Of a DNA stretch of 64,000 bases, positions 24,850 through 38,411 are shown piece by piece (the first letter of the stretch is position 1; each line of letters opens with the position of its first letter). A program made the translations under genes and the position numbers. This DNA is from Macrostomum lignano. Its lineage: Eukaryota. Location: the NCBI GenBank assembly GCA_002269645.1, contig NIVC01002661.1, positions 1 through 64,000 of the forward strand, in the 5' to 3' direction. The notes below the pieces were generated by a model. That model was not told the origin of the DNA. It saw only the letters and a list, made by a program, of their open reading frames with translations, and did not search any database.

Positions 24850-26619
24850 GAGAGTGAATCACAGCGCCAGTAGAGAGTGAATCACAGCATCAGTAGAGAG
24901 TGAATCACAGCATCAGTAGAGAGTGAATCACAGCATCAGTAGAGAGTGAATCACAGCATCAGTAGAGAGTGAATCACACCGCCAGTAGAGAGTGAATCAC
25001 ACCACCAGTAGAGAGTGAATCACACCGCCAGTAGAGAGTGAATCACAGCATCAGTAGAGAGTGAATCACAGCATCAGTAGAGAGTGAATCACAGCATCAG
25101 TAGAGAGTGAATCACACCGCCAGTAGAGAGTGAATCACACCGCCAGTAGAGAGTGAATCACACCGCCAGTAGAGAGTGAATCACAGCGCCAGTAGAGAGT
25201 GAATCACACCGCCAGTAGAGAGTGAATCACAGCATCAGTAGAGAGTGAATCACAGCATCAGTAGAGAGTGAATCACAGCATCAGAAGAGAGTGAATCACA
25301 GCATCAGTAGAGAGTGAATCACAGCGCCAGTAGAGAGTGAATCACAGCATCAGTAGAGAGTGAATCACAGCATCAGTAGAGAGTGAATCACACCGCCAGT
25401 AGAGAGTGAATCACACCGCCAGTAGAGAGTGAATCACAGCATCAGTAGAGAGTGAATCACAGCGCCAGTAGAGAGTGAATCACGCCGCCAGTAGAGAGTG
25501 AATCACAGCGCCAGTAGAGAGTGAATCACACCGCCAGTAGAGAGTGAATCACAGCATCAGTAGAGAGTGAATCACAGCATCAGTAGAGAGTGAATCACAG
25601 CATCAGAAGAGAGTGAATCACAGCATCAGTAGAGAGTGAATCACAGCGCCAGTAGAGAGTGAATCACACCGCCAGTAGAGAGTGAATCACACCGCCAGTA
25701 GAGAGTGAATCACAGCATCAGTAGAGAGTGAATCACACCGCCAGTAGAGAGTGAATCACAGCGCCAGTAGAGAGTGAATCACAGCATCAGTAGAGAGTGA
25801 ATCACAGCGCCAGTAGAGAGTGAATCACAGCATCAGTAGAGAGTGAATCACAGCATCAGTAGAGAGTGAATCACAGCATCAGTAGAGAGTGAATCACAGC
25901 ATCAGTAGAGAGTGAATCACAGCGCCAGTAGAGAGTGAATCACACCGCCAGTAGAGAGTGAATCACACCGCCAGTAGAGAGTGAATCACAGCATCAGTAG
26001 AGAGTGAATCACACCGCCAGTAGAGAGTGAATCACACCGCCAGTAGAGAGTGAATCACAGCATCAGTAGAGAGTGAATCACAGCGCCAGTAGAGAGTGAA
26101 TCACAGCATCAGTAGAGAGTGAATCACAGCATCAGTAGAGAGTGAATCACAGCATCAGTAGAGAGTGAATCACAGCGCCAGTAGAGAGTGAATCACAGCA
26201 TCAGTAGAGAGTGAATCACAGCATCAGTAGAGAGTGAATCACAGCATCAGTAGAGAGTGAATCACAGCATCAGTAGAGAGTGAATCACAGCATCAGAAGA
26301 GAGTGAATCACAGCATCAGAAGAGAGTGAATCACAGCATCAGTAGAGAGTGAATCACAGCGCCAGTAGAGAGTGAATCACAGCGCCAGTAGAGAGTGAAT
26401 CACAGCATCAGTAGAGAGTGAATCACAGCATCAGTAGAGAGTGAATCACAGCATCAGTAGAGAGTGAATCACAGCGCCAGTAGAGAGTGAATCACAGCAT
26501 CAGTAGAGAGTGAATCACAGCATCAGAAGAGAGTGAATCACAGCATCAGTAGAGAGTGAATCACAGCATCAGTAGAGAGTGAATCACAGCATCAGTAGTG
26601 AGTGAATCACAGCGCCAGT
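24850..26619. repeat. 23-bp minisatellite (AGAGAGTGAATCACAGCATCAGT)n, about 1.8 kb
   Basis: Direct inspection; variants CAGCATCA/CAGCGCCA/CACCGCCA. Confidence 0.95.
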
Positions 26620-27934
26620 GGAGTCAGCACTCGCCACTTTGCCAGCCAATAATTTTTCTCAATATTCCCCGTCAGATGCCGACTTTCTTTTGTTTTATCC
26701 GTGCGCTCGCGCCCCAGAGTCCCGACTTCATCCTGCCCTTAATACGCGCTGCCGCCTAGAAGTGGCGCCACTGATTGCATTTAAAAAAACTGAACCTGGT
26801 CTCACGGTTCCTCTTATTTCGTCCCCCTCCTCCCTCTCTCTCGGACTCTCGTATTGCTAAAAAATCAATTTCCTCAAAAGCGAAGTGGTGAGTTCAGCCA
26901 GGCAGCCAGCCACCCCGGGTATTATCCCCGCAAGGCCCAGTTTTCAACCCCACCTTTCCCCGAGGATTTTCAAGCCTCCAATCTTCAATCCCAGCCAAGG
27001 GGCCAAGTGGCTCGCAGTTGGCGCCACCACATTTGCGCTTATATTTTGGCCGGAGCGGTAAAGCGCGCCCATATTGACAAATCTCTCTTGTTACACACCT
27101 GAAAGATATTGAATTATAACTCCCACACAGGGGGGGGGGCAACAGCTCAGCGAAAACTTTTTGCAAGCGCGCGTTGAGTTGCTGACTGACTGAGGTCCTG
27201 CAGACGGTATTGTGGGCAGGAAGGAAGCGACCTCCTCATATATTGGTCATATTGGCCCCGTGCTGATCCGGGGCGTGCTGAGACCCCCCCCGGCTGCGAG
27301 ACAATGGCCTCGAGAGCATTTGGGAGGGGGTTGGCGGATAAGCCGAGATTGCGGTTTATAAGTTTGAGAGCGAGAATGGCGGACATTGCACTGGGATCGG
27401 GGCTGGGCGGGGAGGATATTGGGGAACAGCAGCCAGATTGCTTATCCCCAGAACGGATTGACTGACTGTCAATCTTGAGAGCTTTCTTTCGAAAGTAGCT
27501 ATATTCTCCCAAACAAAGGGAAACCTTATTCATTATTGTAGTCTTTTATCCCGATTCTGTGTAACACTAAAAATTCGTATATATTAGTCTCGCCTACTAC
27601 TCATAAGCGTTAGTAGTCAGTCTTTCAGACCCTAGCAGAGTGGCATAACAAACTGCGAGATTATGCATGCATTTCAGAACGAACAAACGCTAAGGATATT
27701 TCCGTATCTGTCAACAAGCAACTCACCCAATATCCTATAATCCTCTTAAGACATTAGCAAAGCCACTCGGCTTCTGAATTGCCCACTGCCTCCAAGCAGC
27801 TTTGATCCACATAGAATTCTCTGCCCAACCGTTGTGGCCTGAGCTGCCCGCAGGTTAACAGCTGGGAACAGCTGCGGTTGTAGCACACTGCTAATACTGA
27901 CTGCGGTGCGCAGTGCATGCACTGAGATTGACTG

Positions 27935-28518
<584 letters not shown>

Positions 28519-28519
28519 C

Positions 28520-29287
28520 CAGGGGCTTGACACGGGGGTGGTCTGTGACCAGACATCCCCAGCTGCTGCTAATAGCAACAACATCGATGCCAGCCAGGCT
28601 GACTCTTCCGTGTCTTTTGCGACACCCACCGACAACGTTGCATTTTTACAGAGTAGATTTGCTTGCGCTAAGCCACCCAGGCTTGCCAGTGACAGCAATA
28701 GGGACAGTCTTGAGCTGACCCCTCCTCGATCGGCACTTGCTCAACCAAGCCAGATTAACGTCCATAGGGGACTTAAGAAAGACTGGAAACTGACCCCTAT
28801 CGAAAAGTCAACGATCGCGATCGGCGATGAGAGTCTCTCTGAGCCCGGGCAAGCGCACCCAGATGTACAATTTGAAATTTTTCCGAATCTACGCGCTGAG
28901 AACCTAATCAGGGTGCTGCGTGAGCAGTTGAAAAACCCTAGCTCAGCTGTCAAAGCGGTCATTCTCTTCCCTTGTGGTCATGACCTGTCGAGACAATTTG
29001 AAGGTGTCCTCGACAAACAGCTCACGACAATCGTGAATCATTGTCGCAAGGCCTTTCCAGAGGCAAACATCTACACACTTGACTCAGTGGTGGATGCCGA
29101 GGCAACGGACAGCGTCCGAAGCAACGTGAAAAAATTGAACCGCCATGCCCAGAATCTCAACCAGAAGGGGCACATGTCACTACCCAGACAGGGTTTTACC
29201 TTCCTGTCAGACAAGGTCACACTATCTGACCAATCGGCCTTGGAGGTCTTCAGGATTGTCTACGGCAAAGTGCAAAAAAACTTGTAG
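28520..29287 (+). CDS. Upstream ORF of the PLE, degenerate SGNH/GDSL esterase-like fold (5'-truncated, no ATG)
   Basis: The frame is open from the microsatellite junction. Motif order IAIGDESL / FPNLRAENL / VKAVILFPCGHDL / FPEANIY / VKKLN / SDKVTLS parallels SGNH blocks GDS / FPG / GxND / FPxA / LN / DxxH. Confidence 0.55.
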   Translation, partial: QGLDTGVVCDQTSPAAANSNNIDASQADSSVSFATPTDNVAFLQSRFACAKPPRLASDSNRDSLELTPPRSALAQPSQINVHRGLKKDWKLTPIEKSTIAIGDESLSEPGQAHPDVQFEIFPNLRAENLIRVLREQLKNPSSAVKAVILFPCGHDLSRQFEGVLDKQLTTIVNHCRKAFPEANIYTLDSVVDAEATDSVRSNVKKLNRHAQNLNQKGHMSLPRQGFTFLSDKVTLSDQSALEVFRIVYGKVQKNL

Positions 29288-31521
29288 GTTTTAGGAATGC
29301 GGCTAGCAACCAAGTCTTGAACTTATCGAATTATCGTCTTTCTGACTGCGAAACCGAAATTTTAGGAATGGGGAAGAACTTTGTGCCAGCCCCAATTGTT
29401 ATGGGGTCCAGCGTCCTTTCTGACTCCATCAAGGTTTTCAAGCAGAGAATAGTTCTTAACTCCCTGCTTCAGCGTCGCACGTGTGCTTTCACCCCGCGCA
29501 TCCCTTATACTGGCCGAGCTTCGATCCCCAACATCAACTTGGACAAGTGGCGCTCTCACATAGACCTTTTTGAAAGCCTTGACAGGATTAGAATTCCAAG
29601 AATCATACACAACAAGCCAAACCTTCAGGAGCAGCAGAGAATGGCACTGAAGACTCTTCGAGACAATAGCAGTATCGTCATTAAACCTGCCGACAAGGGC
29701 AGCAATATGGTCGTTTTGAATCGAACTGATTACATACTGGAAGCTAACAGGCAGCTCTCCAACAGGACCTTCTACCAACCGCTTGACACTGCAATGAGCG
29801 CCCAGACCAGTGCCATTATCAAAGCCATTTTTCAAGATCTTAAAGAAGAAAAGATAATTACTAATCATCAATACTCGCAACTGATTCCGCCAACTATTCC
29901 AAGAGATCGAATTTTCTACCTTTTGCCAAAAATCCATAAGGATCCCGAAGAATGGCCTACTCCTGGAGTGCCTCCTGGGAGACCCATTGTCTCGGACTGC
30001 AGCTCGGAAAGCTACATGAGCGCCAAATTTATCGATCTCTTTCTACAGCCGATCGCTATGGAATAAGACTCCTTCATCCGAGACACGGACCACTTTCAAG
30101 CGGCTATTAATGATTTGATTTTTGAAAAAGACGAAAATGTCTTTCTGGTTACAATGGATGTTGAATCCCTGTACACCAATATTCCCACTGATAAGGGGAT
30201 GGACGCCATTAGAGATGCCTTTCAAACATATCCCCAAACCTCAAGGCCAGATAACCATCTTCTTGCGCTCCTGGACATTAACTTGAACAAAAATGATTTT
30301 GTTTTCAACGACACGCGCTACCTTCAAATCAAAGGCACAAGCATGGGAAAGGCCTTTGCGCCATCCTACGCCAACATATTTATGTCTGCCTGGGAATCCA
30401 AAGCTTTAGAAACTGCTCCGTTTACCCCTCGTTTCTTCAAGCGCTACATTAACGACATTTTTATGGTCTTCGTCGGCACTGAAGACGAACTAAAGGAGAT
30501 GCACAAGCATCTGAATGAGTTCGATTGCAACATCCGACTCACGATGCAATACAGCAGAGAGAAGGTTCACTTCCTGGACTGCTGTGTCAGTCTGACTGAC
30601 GAAGGCAACAACAAGAGACTTTCGTGCTCAATCTACTTCAAACCCACCGATTCACGCCAGCTTTTAAATCCGGGGTCTTTTCACCCAAAGCACACTTTCA
30701 AAGGTATACTGAAATCTCAGTTCCTCCGTTACGCTCGCCGTTGCACATTTAAAGAAGACTTCGATGAGGCCAGCAGCAGCTTAACAAGCATCCTGAAGAA
30801 ACAAGGATATTCTGTCCGCTTAATCAGGGATTCTAAAAAATCTGCCCTCATCCAGCTGGGCCTCTACATTGATGGTCGGTGGGAGTTCGGCTTCCAGGAT
30901 TGTGGCAATCTAAGCTGCCGTCCTTGCAGAGAGCACGGGAATTTTGGCCAAGTTTGTTTAGGGTCCAGCGCTACAAAAATGATTTACAAAATTTGTCAAA
31001 AAGTCCGCTGTGACTCCAGGAATGTGGTGTATGCCATTCTGTGCAAGACTTGCAATGACCGCTGTATCTACGTAGGTGAGACTGGAGGCGCTCTTAAAGT
31101 CAGACTTCAGGCTCACCTGAGCGACATTAAACTGGCTAAAGACACCCCAATCTCCAGGCACTTTCGGTCACCAAACCACAGTATTCAGGACCTCCGCTTT
31201 ATGGGTCTGTGGTACCTCAGTACTGAGTGCCTGACCACTAAAGAGGGCGCTCAACGCAGGCGGAGGAATATGGAGCAGAAGCTCATCGCTTTACTACAGA
31301 CCCAGACTCCAGCAGGCTTAAACACCGTCATCACTGAAAAAGACGCCTGCATCCCAATAGTGATCCCTTTCACGGACCACTCTGGGCGAATTGTTCATCA
31401 AATTGGCACGGCCATTTCGAACCACGCTGCAGAGCTGGATACGGTGGCTGCCTATACTCGCTCACGCTCATTAAAGGACATTCTATGTCCATCCAATCTG
31501 CCCGCCGTAACTAATGGTTAG
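29272..31521 (+). pseudogene. PLE RT-GIY-YIG ORF interrupted by one nonsense codon (30064-30066)
   Basis: ORFs 29317-30066 and 30115-31521 share a frame; reading through gives FLQPIAME*DSFIRDTDHF, matching the PLE 'SYIKDT' motif. Confidence 0.85.
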
Positions 31522-31703
31522 GCCCGAAACTCAAACCTCTTTTCAGATGAGCACTAGATGTACAGATGTACACACGCGTTGCAACGTGCCCGCCCAACCA
31601 TATTGATTATTTTATTTTATTCGCGTCTTTCTATACTCACTATAAATATTTAACTCTGTTTTAATTTGCCCTTTTTTTCACAGTTTTTTATTTACAATAT
31701 ACC

Positions 31704-31739
31704 CTGACGCGAAGACCCTGTTTAGGTCGAAAATTCGGT
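31704..31739 (+). ncRNA. Hammerhead-ribozyme-like motif in the PLE 3' region (imperfect core)
   Basis: CTGA-CGCGAA-GACC-ctgttta-GGTC-GAAA-ATTC-GGT: stem II GACC/GGTC, the GAAA core, palindromic AATT stem III, and GGT able to pair with upstream ACC. The core has 2 extra nt relative to CUGANGA. Confidence 0.45.
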
Positions 31740-31802
31740 TCTTTTCTTAGAGTTAAAGAAATTGTGAATTTGCTTCAACTGTGTGCGTGGTTTCATTTCG
31801 CA

Positions 31803-32561
<759 letters not shown>

Positions 32562-33262
32562 AAAATTGCAATCCAATTGCCCTACTACAAGTAGATTCAC
32601 GCGGACCGCACTGAATTATTTACAGCAGCCCCACACGAACTGCTAATCCGACTCTCTTCACGGGAAGGCCAATGAAAATCTATCGAAGTCTCAGGCCTGT
32701 TGAACTTTCGCGAGCTCGTCATGGAATTTCTGCCCCGGATTAGCGAGCAGTTGGAATCGAATCCCGGACCCTCATCTGTCCATGAATTAATGCACGGGCA
32801 ACGAGTCTGCTGCTTCATCAGTTCGGCCGCCGCATGCTGCTCAGAAACTCTCATTCTCTCCTCCAAGGTTCTGCCAGCGAATGCCAGAGCACAGATGAGT
32901 TGAAGAAGTCAAGAGCCAGTCTGACGGCTAAAGTGTGCGGGAGAGAGTGCGCATCGATCGTTTCGTGTGGAGAATTCCTTCTAAAAGAGGTGCAGACAGA
33001 GGCGCAGCGAATCCACGCACCGGATTTGAGCGTCTCCCTGACCTTGAACCGACTCTTGGACAGCAGGCATCAGAAACTTTTTTTATAAAACTTCGGCCGG
33101 CAATACCTTTACTGGTTTCGGGCTTTTCTGAGCAGGCCGCGAACTCTGCAACTTCTGCCTGGAGCTCCCGCTATGCTTCAGAATATAAATGTTTAATGAC
33201 CTTGACTGGCTGGCGAACCCCACCTGCACTGCACCAGCTCAACACTCCTGAGTCTGTCTGCT

Positions 33263-34221
<959 letters not shown>

Positions 34222-35037
34222 GTCAGTATCCCGGGCCGAGCGCACGTATTGGCTACCTGGTGTTAAAGTGTCGATGGTTTCCTACAGTTAATTTCACCTG
34301 CACAGAGACAGGCGCATTGCAAGGCAAGACCCAGCATTCGGTATTGGCAGCAAGTTTTTATCTGCATCGCTTCCCCTTCCAAGATTTGCGTCGTATAAAT
34401 TATAAAAAAATGACTTCCTGTTTTGATAACGAGGCTCGGGGCTCACCTTAGACTTCAGCCTAGCCTTCGGGCTGGCTGGCTGCAAGGTGAGGAGGGCGTC
34501 GCTGAGCTCGCGTGCCTGCACAGCCGCACTGAGCAAACTCAGGATTCAAATTTAATCGGCATCCAGTCTGTGGATGCAGGACGCCTCATCCTCTTCTTCA
34601 TCTGGACGGGCCAGAAGAGACCAGAAACTTCATTCACACGAAAGCAGAACTTAGAACGTAGAGACAAGATGATCGGATTGCTCAATTCAAAAATTCCAAC
34701 TTGACAGCTTTGAAATTTGAAGCGACATTTCATCGCGGATTTCTTGGCTAAGTTTCAAGTCACGAGCACTTTGATAAACTCAAATAGTGGGTGCCGGAAA
34801 AGTACAAGCAGTCAAACACCTGGGACATTTTGGGATAATTTTTATTAAACACAGAGGTTTTCCTTTGGTTAACAGAATTTGAAGGACTTCGCTCGGCATT
34901 TTGCTCAACCAAGGACAAATTGAGTAGCGACTGCGATGGAGTGCGAATCTGGATACACAGCAAATGGATTTAGTGTTGAGTAATAGTTCCTCAAAAGCCA
35001 CAGAGAATCTTGGTGAACTGCTCATTGTCGATCGATC

Positions 35038-38000
35038 TTATTCATAGTTGATCGGGTCGAAGTATCCGCCCCTCGATTGATAGTAGGCCCTCTTCTTGCC
35101 GTAGTTGATGGGATCAAAGTAGGCCCTCTTCTTGCCGTAGTTGATGGGATCAAAGTAGGCCCTCTTCTTGCCGTAGTTGATGGGGTCAAAGTAGGCCCTC
35201 TTCTTGCCGTAGTTGATGGGGTCAAAGTAGGCCCTCTTCTTGCCGTAGTTGATGGGATCAAAGTAGGCCCTCTTCTTGCCGTAGTTGATGGGGTCAAAGT
35301 AGGCCCTCTTCTTGCCGTAGTTGATGGGATCAAAGTAGGCCCTCTTCTTGCCGTAGTTGATGGGGTCAAAGTAGGCCCTCTTCTTGCCGTAGTTGATGGG
35401 GTCAAAGTAGGCCCTCTTCTTGCCGTAGTTGATGGGATCAAAGTAGGCCCTCTTCTTGCCGTAGTTGATGGGGTCAAAGTAGGCCCTCTTCTTGCCGTAG
35501 TTGATGGGGTCAAAGTAGGCCCTCTTCTTGCCGTAGTTGATGGGGTCAAAGTAGGCCCTCTTATTGCCGTAGTTGATGGGGTCAAAGTAGGCCCTCTTCT
35601 TGCCGTAGTTGATGGGATCAAAGTAGGCCCTCTTCTCTGCATTAACTTCCTCTCCATCAGATGACGCATCCTTGATGTCTGTCTGAGAAATCAAGAGGTT
35701 AATTTCTCGTCACCGAAAGTTTATGATGATGTCCAAATTAGGCAAGGAACAGTCGCTAGATTTAATCTGTAGCCCCCTTGTTAGGTCCCCATAAATAATG
35801 AAGATTCTCGAAATTTTCCAAATCGTGCTCAACTACCTGTTCTGAGCCCCGGCTTCAAAGCCAAAGTCCAGCCAAATCAGGCCAGCTGACTAGCTGAAGG
35901 CGTGGACAAGAATAATTCTGAAGTATCTTAATCGCGCTGGGAGCCGTTCTTCCTAACCGGGCGTGCAGTTGACTGACTCAGACGGGGTCGCAGGCTTGAT
36001 GAAAACTGTGCAGCATTGGGAGTTGGACTGTCCGGCTTAGTGGATCTGGATTGCGGGTTGGATAGCACTGCAGCTTTATTCGAATCTTGTTAGGAAGGAG
36101 AAACCTACGTCCCAGCTCTCTCAGCTCTCTCTCAGCTCTCTCAGCTCTCTCAGCTCTCTCAGCTCTCTCAGCTCTCTCTCAGCTCTCTCAGCTCTCTCAG
36201 CTCTCTCTCAGCTCTCTCAGCTCTCTCAGCTCTCTCAGCTCTCTCAGCTCTCTCTCAGCTCTCTCAGCTCTCTCAGCTCTCTCAGCTCTCTCTCAGCTCT
36301 CTCAGCTCTCTCAGCTCTCTCTCAGCTCTCTCTCAGCTCTCTCTCAGCTCTCTCTCAGCTCTCTCTCAGCTCTCTCAGCTCTCTCTCAGCTCTCTCAGCT
36401 CTCTCTCTCTCAGCTCTCTCAGCTCTCTCAGCTCTCTCTCAGCTCTCTCAGCTCTCTCAGCTCTCTCAGCTCTCTCTCAGCTCTCTCAGCTCTCTCAGCT
36501 CTCTCAGCTCTCTCTCAGCTCTCTCAGCTCTCTCAGCTCTCTCAGCTCTCTCAGCTCTCTCTCAGCTCTCTCTCAGCTCTCTCAGCTCTCTCTCAGCTCT
36601 CTCAGCTCTCTCTCAGCTCTCTCAGCTCTCTCAGCTCTCTCAGCTCTCTCTCAGCTCTCTCTCAGCTCTCTCTCAGCTCTCTCAGCTCTCTCTCAGCTCT
36701 CTCAGCTCTCTCAGCTCTCTCAGCTCTCTCAGCTCTCTCTCAGCTCTCTCAGCTCTCTCAGCTCTCTCTCAGCTCTCTCTCAGCTCTCTCAGCTCTCTCT
36801 CAGCTCTCTCAGCTCTCTCAGCACTCTCAGCTCTCTCTCAGCTCTCTCTCAGCTCTCTCTCAGCTCTCTCTCAGCTCTCTCAGCTCTCTCTCAGCTCTCT
36901 CTCAGCTCTCTCAGCTCTCTCTCAGCTCTCTCTCAGCTCTCTCAGCTCTCTTTGTCTCGCCACTTGTCTCTCTTCTCTCCCTCCCTGCCTCTCCTCTCTC
37001 CCTCCCTGCCTCTCCTCTCTCCCTCCCTGCCTCTCCTCTCTCCCTTTTGTCTCTCCTCTCCTTCACTGCCTCTCCTCCCTTCCTGTGTTTCCACTTTCCC
37101 TCTCGTAAAAAGCCATTCCCGGGAGCAGAGCATTCCGAACGTCACTGCGGTAATGAGAGGCTTTAAGCCTTTTGTTTTCAATTTTGAATTCTACTGCAGA
37201 GAAGAGTGAGTAGGTTTTAGTATCGAATTTCTCTGAACAATACTCGTACAAACTAATAATATGCTTGAAAGCCCCTAGTTTTTCATCAGGCCTAATAGAT
37301 ACCTTTTACGATGATAAGGGAGCCAAAAACTTTCTGTCCAGGTGGGGGGGATCCAGAAGGGCACTGCTGTGTTGTGTTTGACATGTCTCAAAGATTTTTA
37401 GAAGGCCTTAGAAGTAAATTAAAAGTTCTAATCCCTAACATAAGAATCTTTAGTATCATATGTAAGAAGGGAAAACTTAGAAAATTCCAACATCAAAAGT
37501 TTTAAAACTTGCTCGTCAAGTACTTCGTTTTTTATTTTTAATACGGGCTGTGATCAGTTAGGATAACTTGGGTAGAGTTGAGGAAAGAACATGGGTTGGG
37601 ACAAGGACTCAGGATAGTAGGTGGGATAAGGACTCTAGATGGGATAAGGACTCTAGATGGGATAAGGACTCTAGATGGGATAAGGACTCTAGATGGGATA
37701 AGGACTCTAGATGGGATAAGGACTCTAGATGGGATAAGGACTCTAGATGGGATAAGGACTCTAGATGGGATAAGGACTCAGGAGAGTAGATGGGATAAGG
37801 ACTCAGGAGAGTAGATGGGATGAGGACTCAGGAGAGTAGATGGGATAAGGACTCAGGAGAGTAGATGGGATGAGGACTCAGGAGAGTAGATGGGATGAGG
37901 ACTCAGGAGAGTAGATGGGATAAGGACTCAGGATAGTAGATGGGATGAGGACTCAGGAGAGTAGATGGGATGAGGACTCAGGAGAGTAGATGGGATGAGG

Positions 38001-38204
38001 ACTCAGGAGAGTAGATGGGATAAGGACTCAGGAGAGTAGATGGGATAAGGACTCAGGAGAGTAGGTTGGGTACAGAGGGTCAGTGATGGAGAGGCTCATT
38101 GACAATAGAATTCTCACCCTGGACTCCGCAGCAAAAGCGGTGCAGCCCAGCAACAGCAGGAGCAGTAGAAGCAGAGGAGATGTTGAGAAGTTTCGCGAGG
38201 CCAT
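35038..38204 (-). CDS. Neuropeptide precursor: signal peptide + 15 x AYFDPINY-amide + one terminal variant
   Basis: Exon 38204-38118 encodes MASRNFSTSPLLLLLLLLLGCTAFAAESR (donor GTGAGA) and splices in phase 0 to exon 35682-35038: TDIKDASSDGEEVNAE-KR-(AYFDPINY-G-KKR)x15-AYYQSRGGYFDPINYE*. Variation between the 36-bp units is synonymous (GAT/GAC) except one K>N in a spacer that keeps KR. Intermediate exons cannot be excluded. Confidence 0.85.
36110..36950. repeat. Low-complexity (CTCAGCTCT/CTCAGCTCTCT)n array
   Basis: Direct inspection; lies in the neuropeptide intron. Confidence 0.95.
37621..38058. repeat. 18/25-bp minisatellite (GATGGGATAAGGACTCTA / GATGGGAT(A/G)AGGACTCAGGAGAGTA)n
   Basis: Direct inspection. 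Confidence 0.93.
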
Positions 38205-38411
38205 AGCCGGCTGCTGAGACAGATGTCGTTTAAAAAAACTCCTAAAACTCAGTCTCCGAGCTGAGAATTCAGCCAGTGAGTCAGTTTGCTGTTTTATGCA
38301 GCTCAGATCAGTCTGACATTCGGTCAGTTGCCGATTGGCTGGCCGATGCGATTGGCTGCACCGCCGAAAAGGGCTGGGTTAAGAGTTGGGGGTGTAGGCT
38401 CGGCCTCTCAT

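Larger units (their letters stand above)
28519..31802 (+). mobile_element. Penelope-like retroelement (RT + C-terminal GIY-YIG endonuclease; Neptune-like Cys-rich linker), 5'-truncated, probably inactive
   Basis: PLE RT motifs IKPADKG, FYLLPKIHK, PPGRPIVS, DVESLYTNIP, GTSMGKAFAPSYANIFM, RYINDIF, VHFLD, YFKPTD. Linker CGNLSCRPC..H; GIY-YIG VVYAILCKTC..IYVGETG..R..AH. In-frame TAA at 30064 and YIDD>YIND at 30451. Confidence 0.92.

Noticed and set aside
3670-26619. Regular 23-39 bp repeat arrays as CRISPR arrays
   Set aside because: Units are head-to-tail with no unique spacers, there are no cas genes, and the context is eukaryotic.
34447-34625. Two exon-like minus-strand segments (AG|..AAVQARELSDALL..SK|GTGAG and AG|DEEEDEASCIHRLDAD*)
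   Set aside because: Splice signals are plausible, but they cannot be assigned to a gene and show no recognisable homology.
35700-35940. Alternative signal-peptide or intermediate exons for the neuropeptide
   Set aside because: In-frame stops and inconsistent phases; the exon at 38204-38118 fits cleanly.
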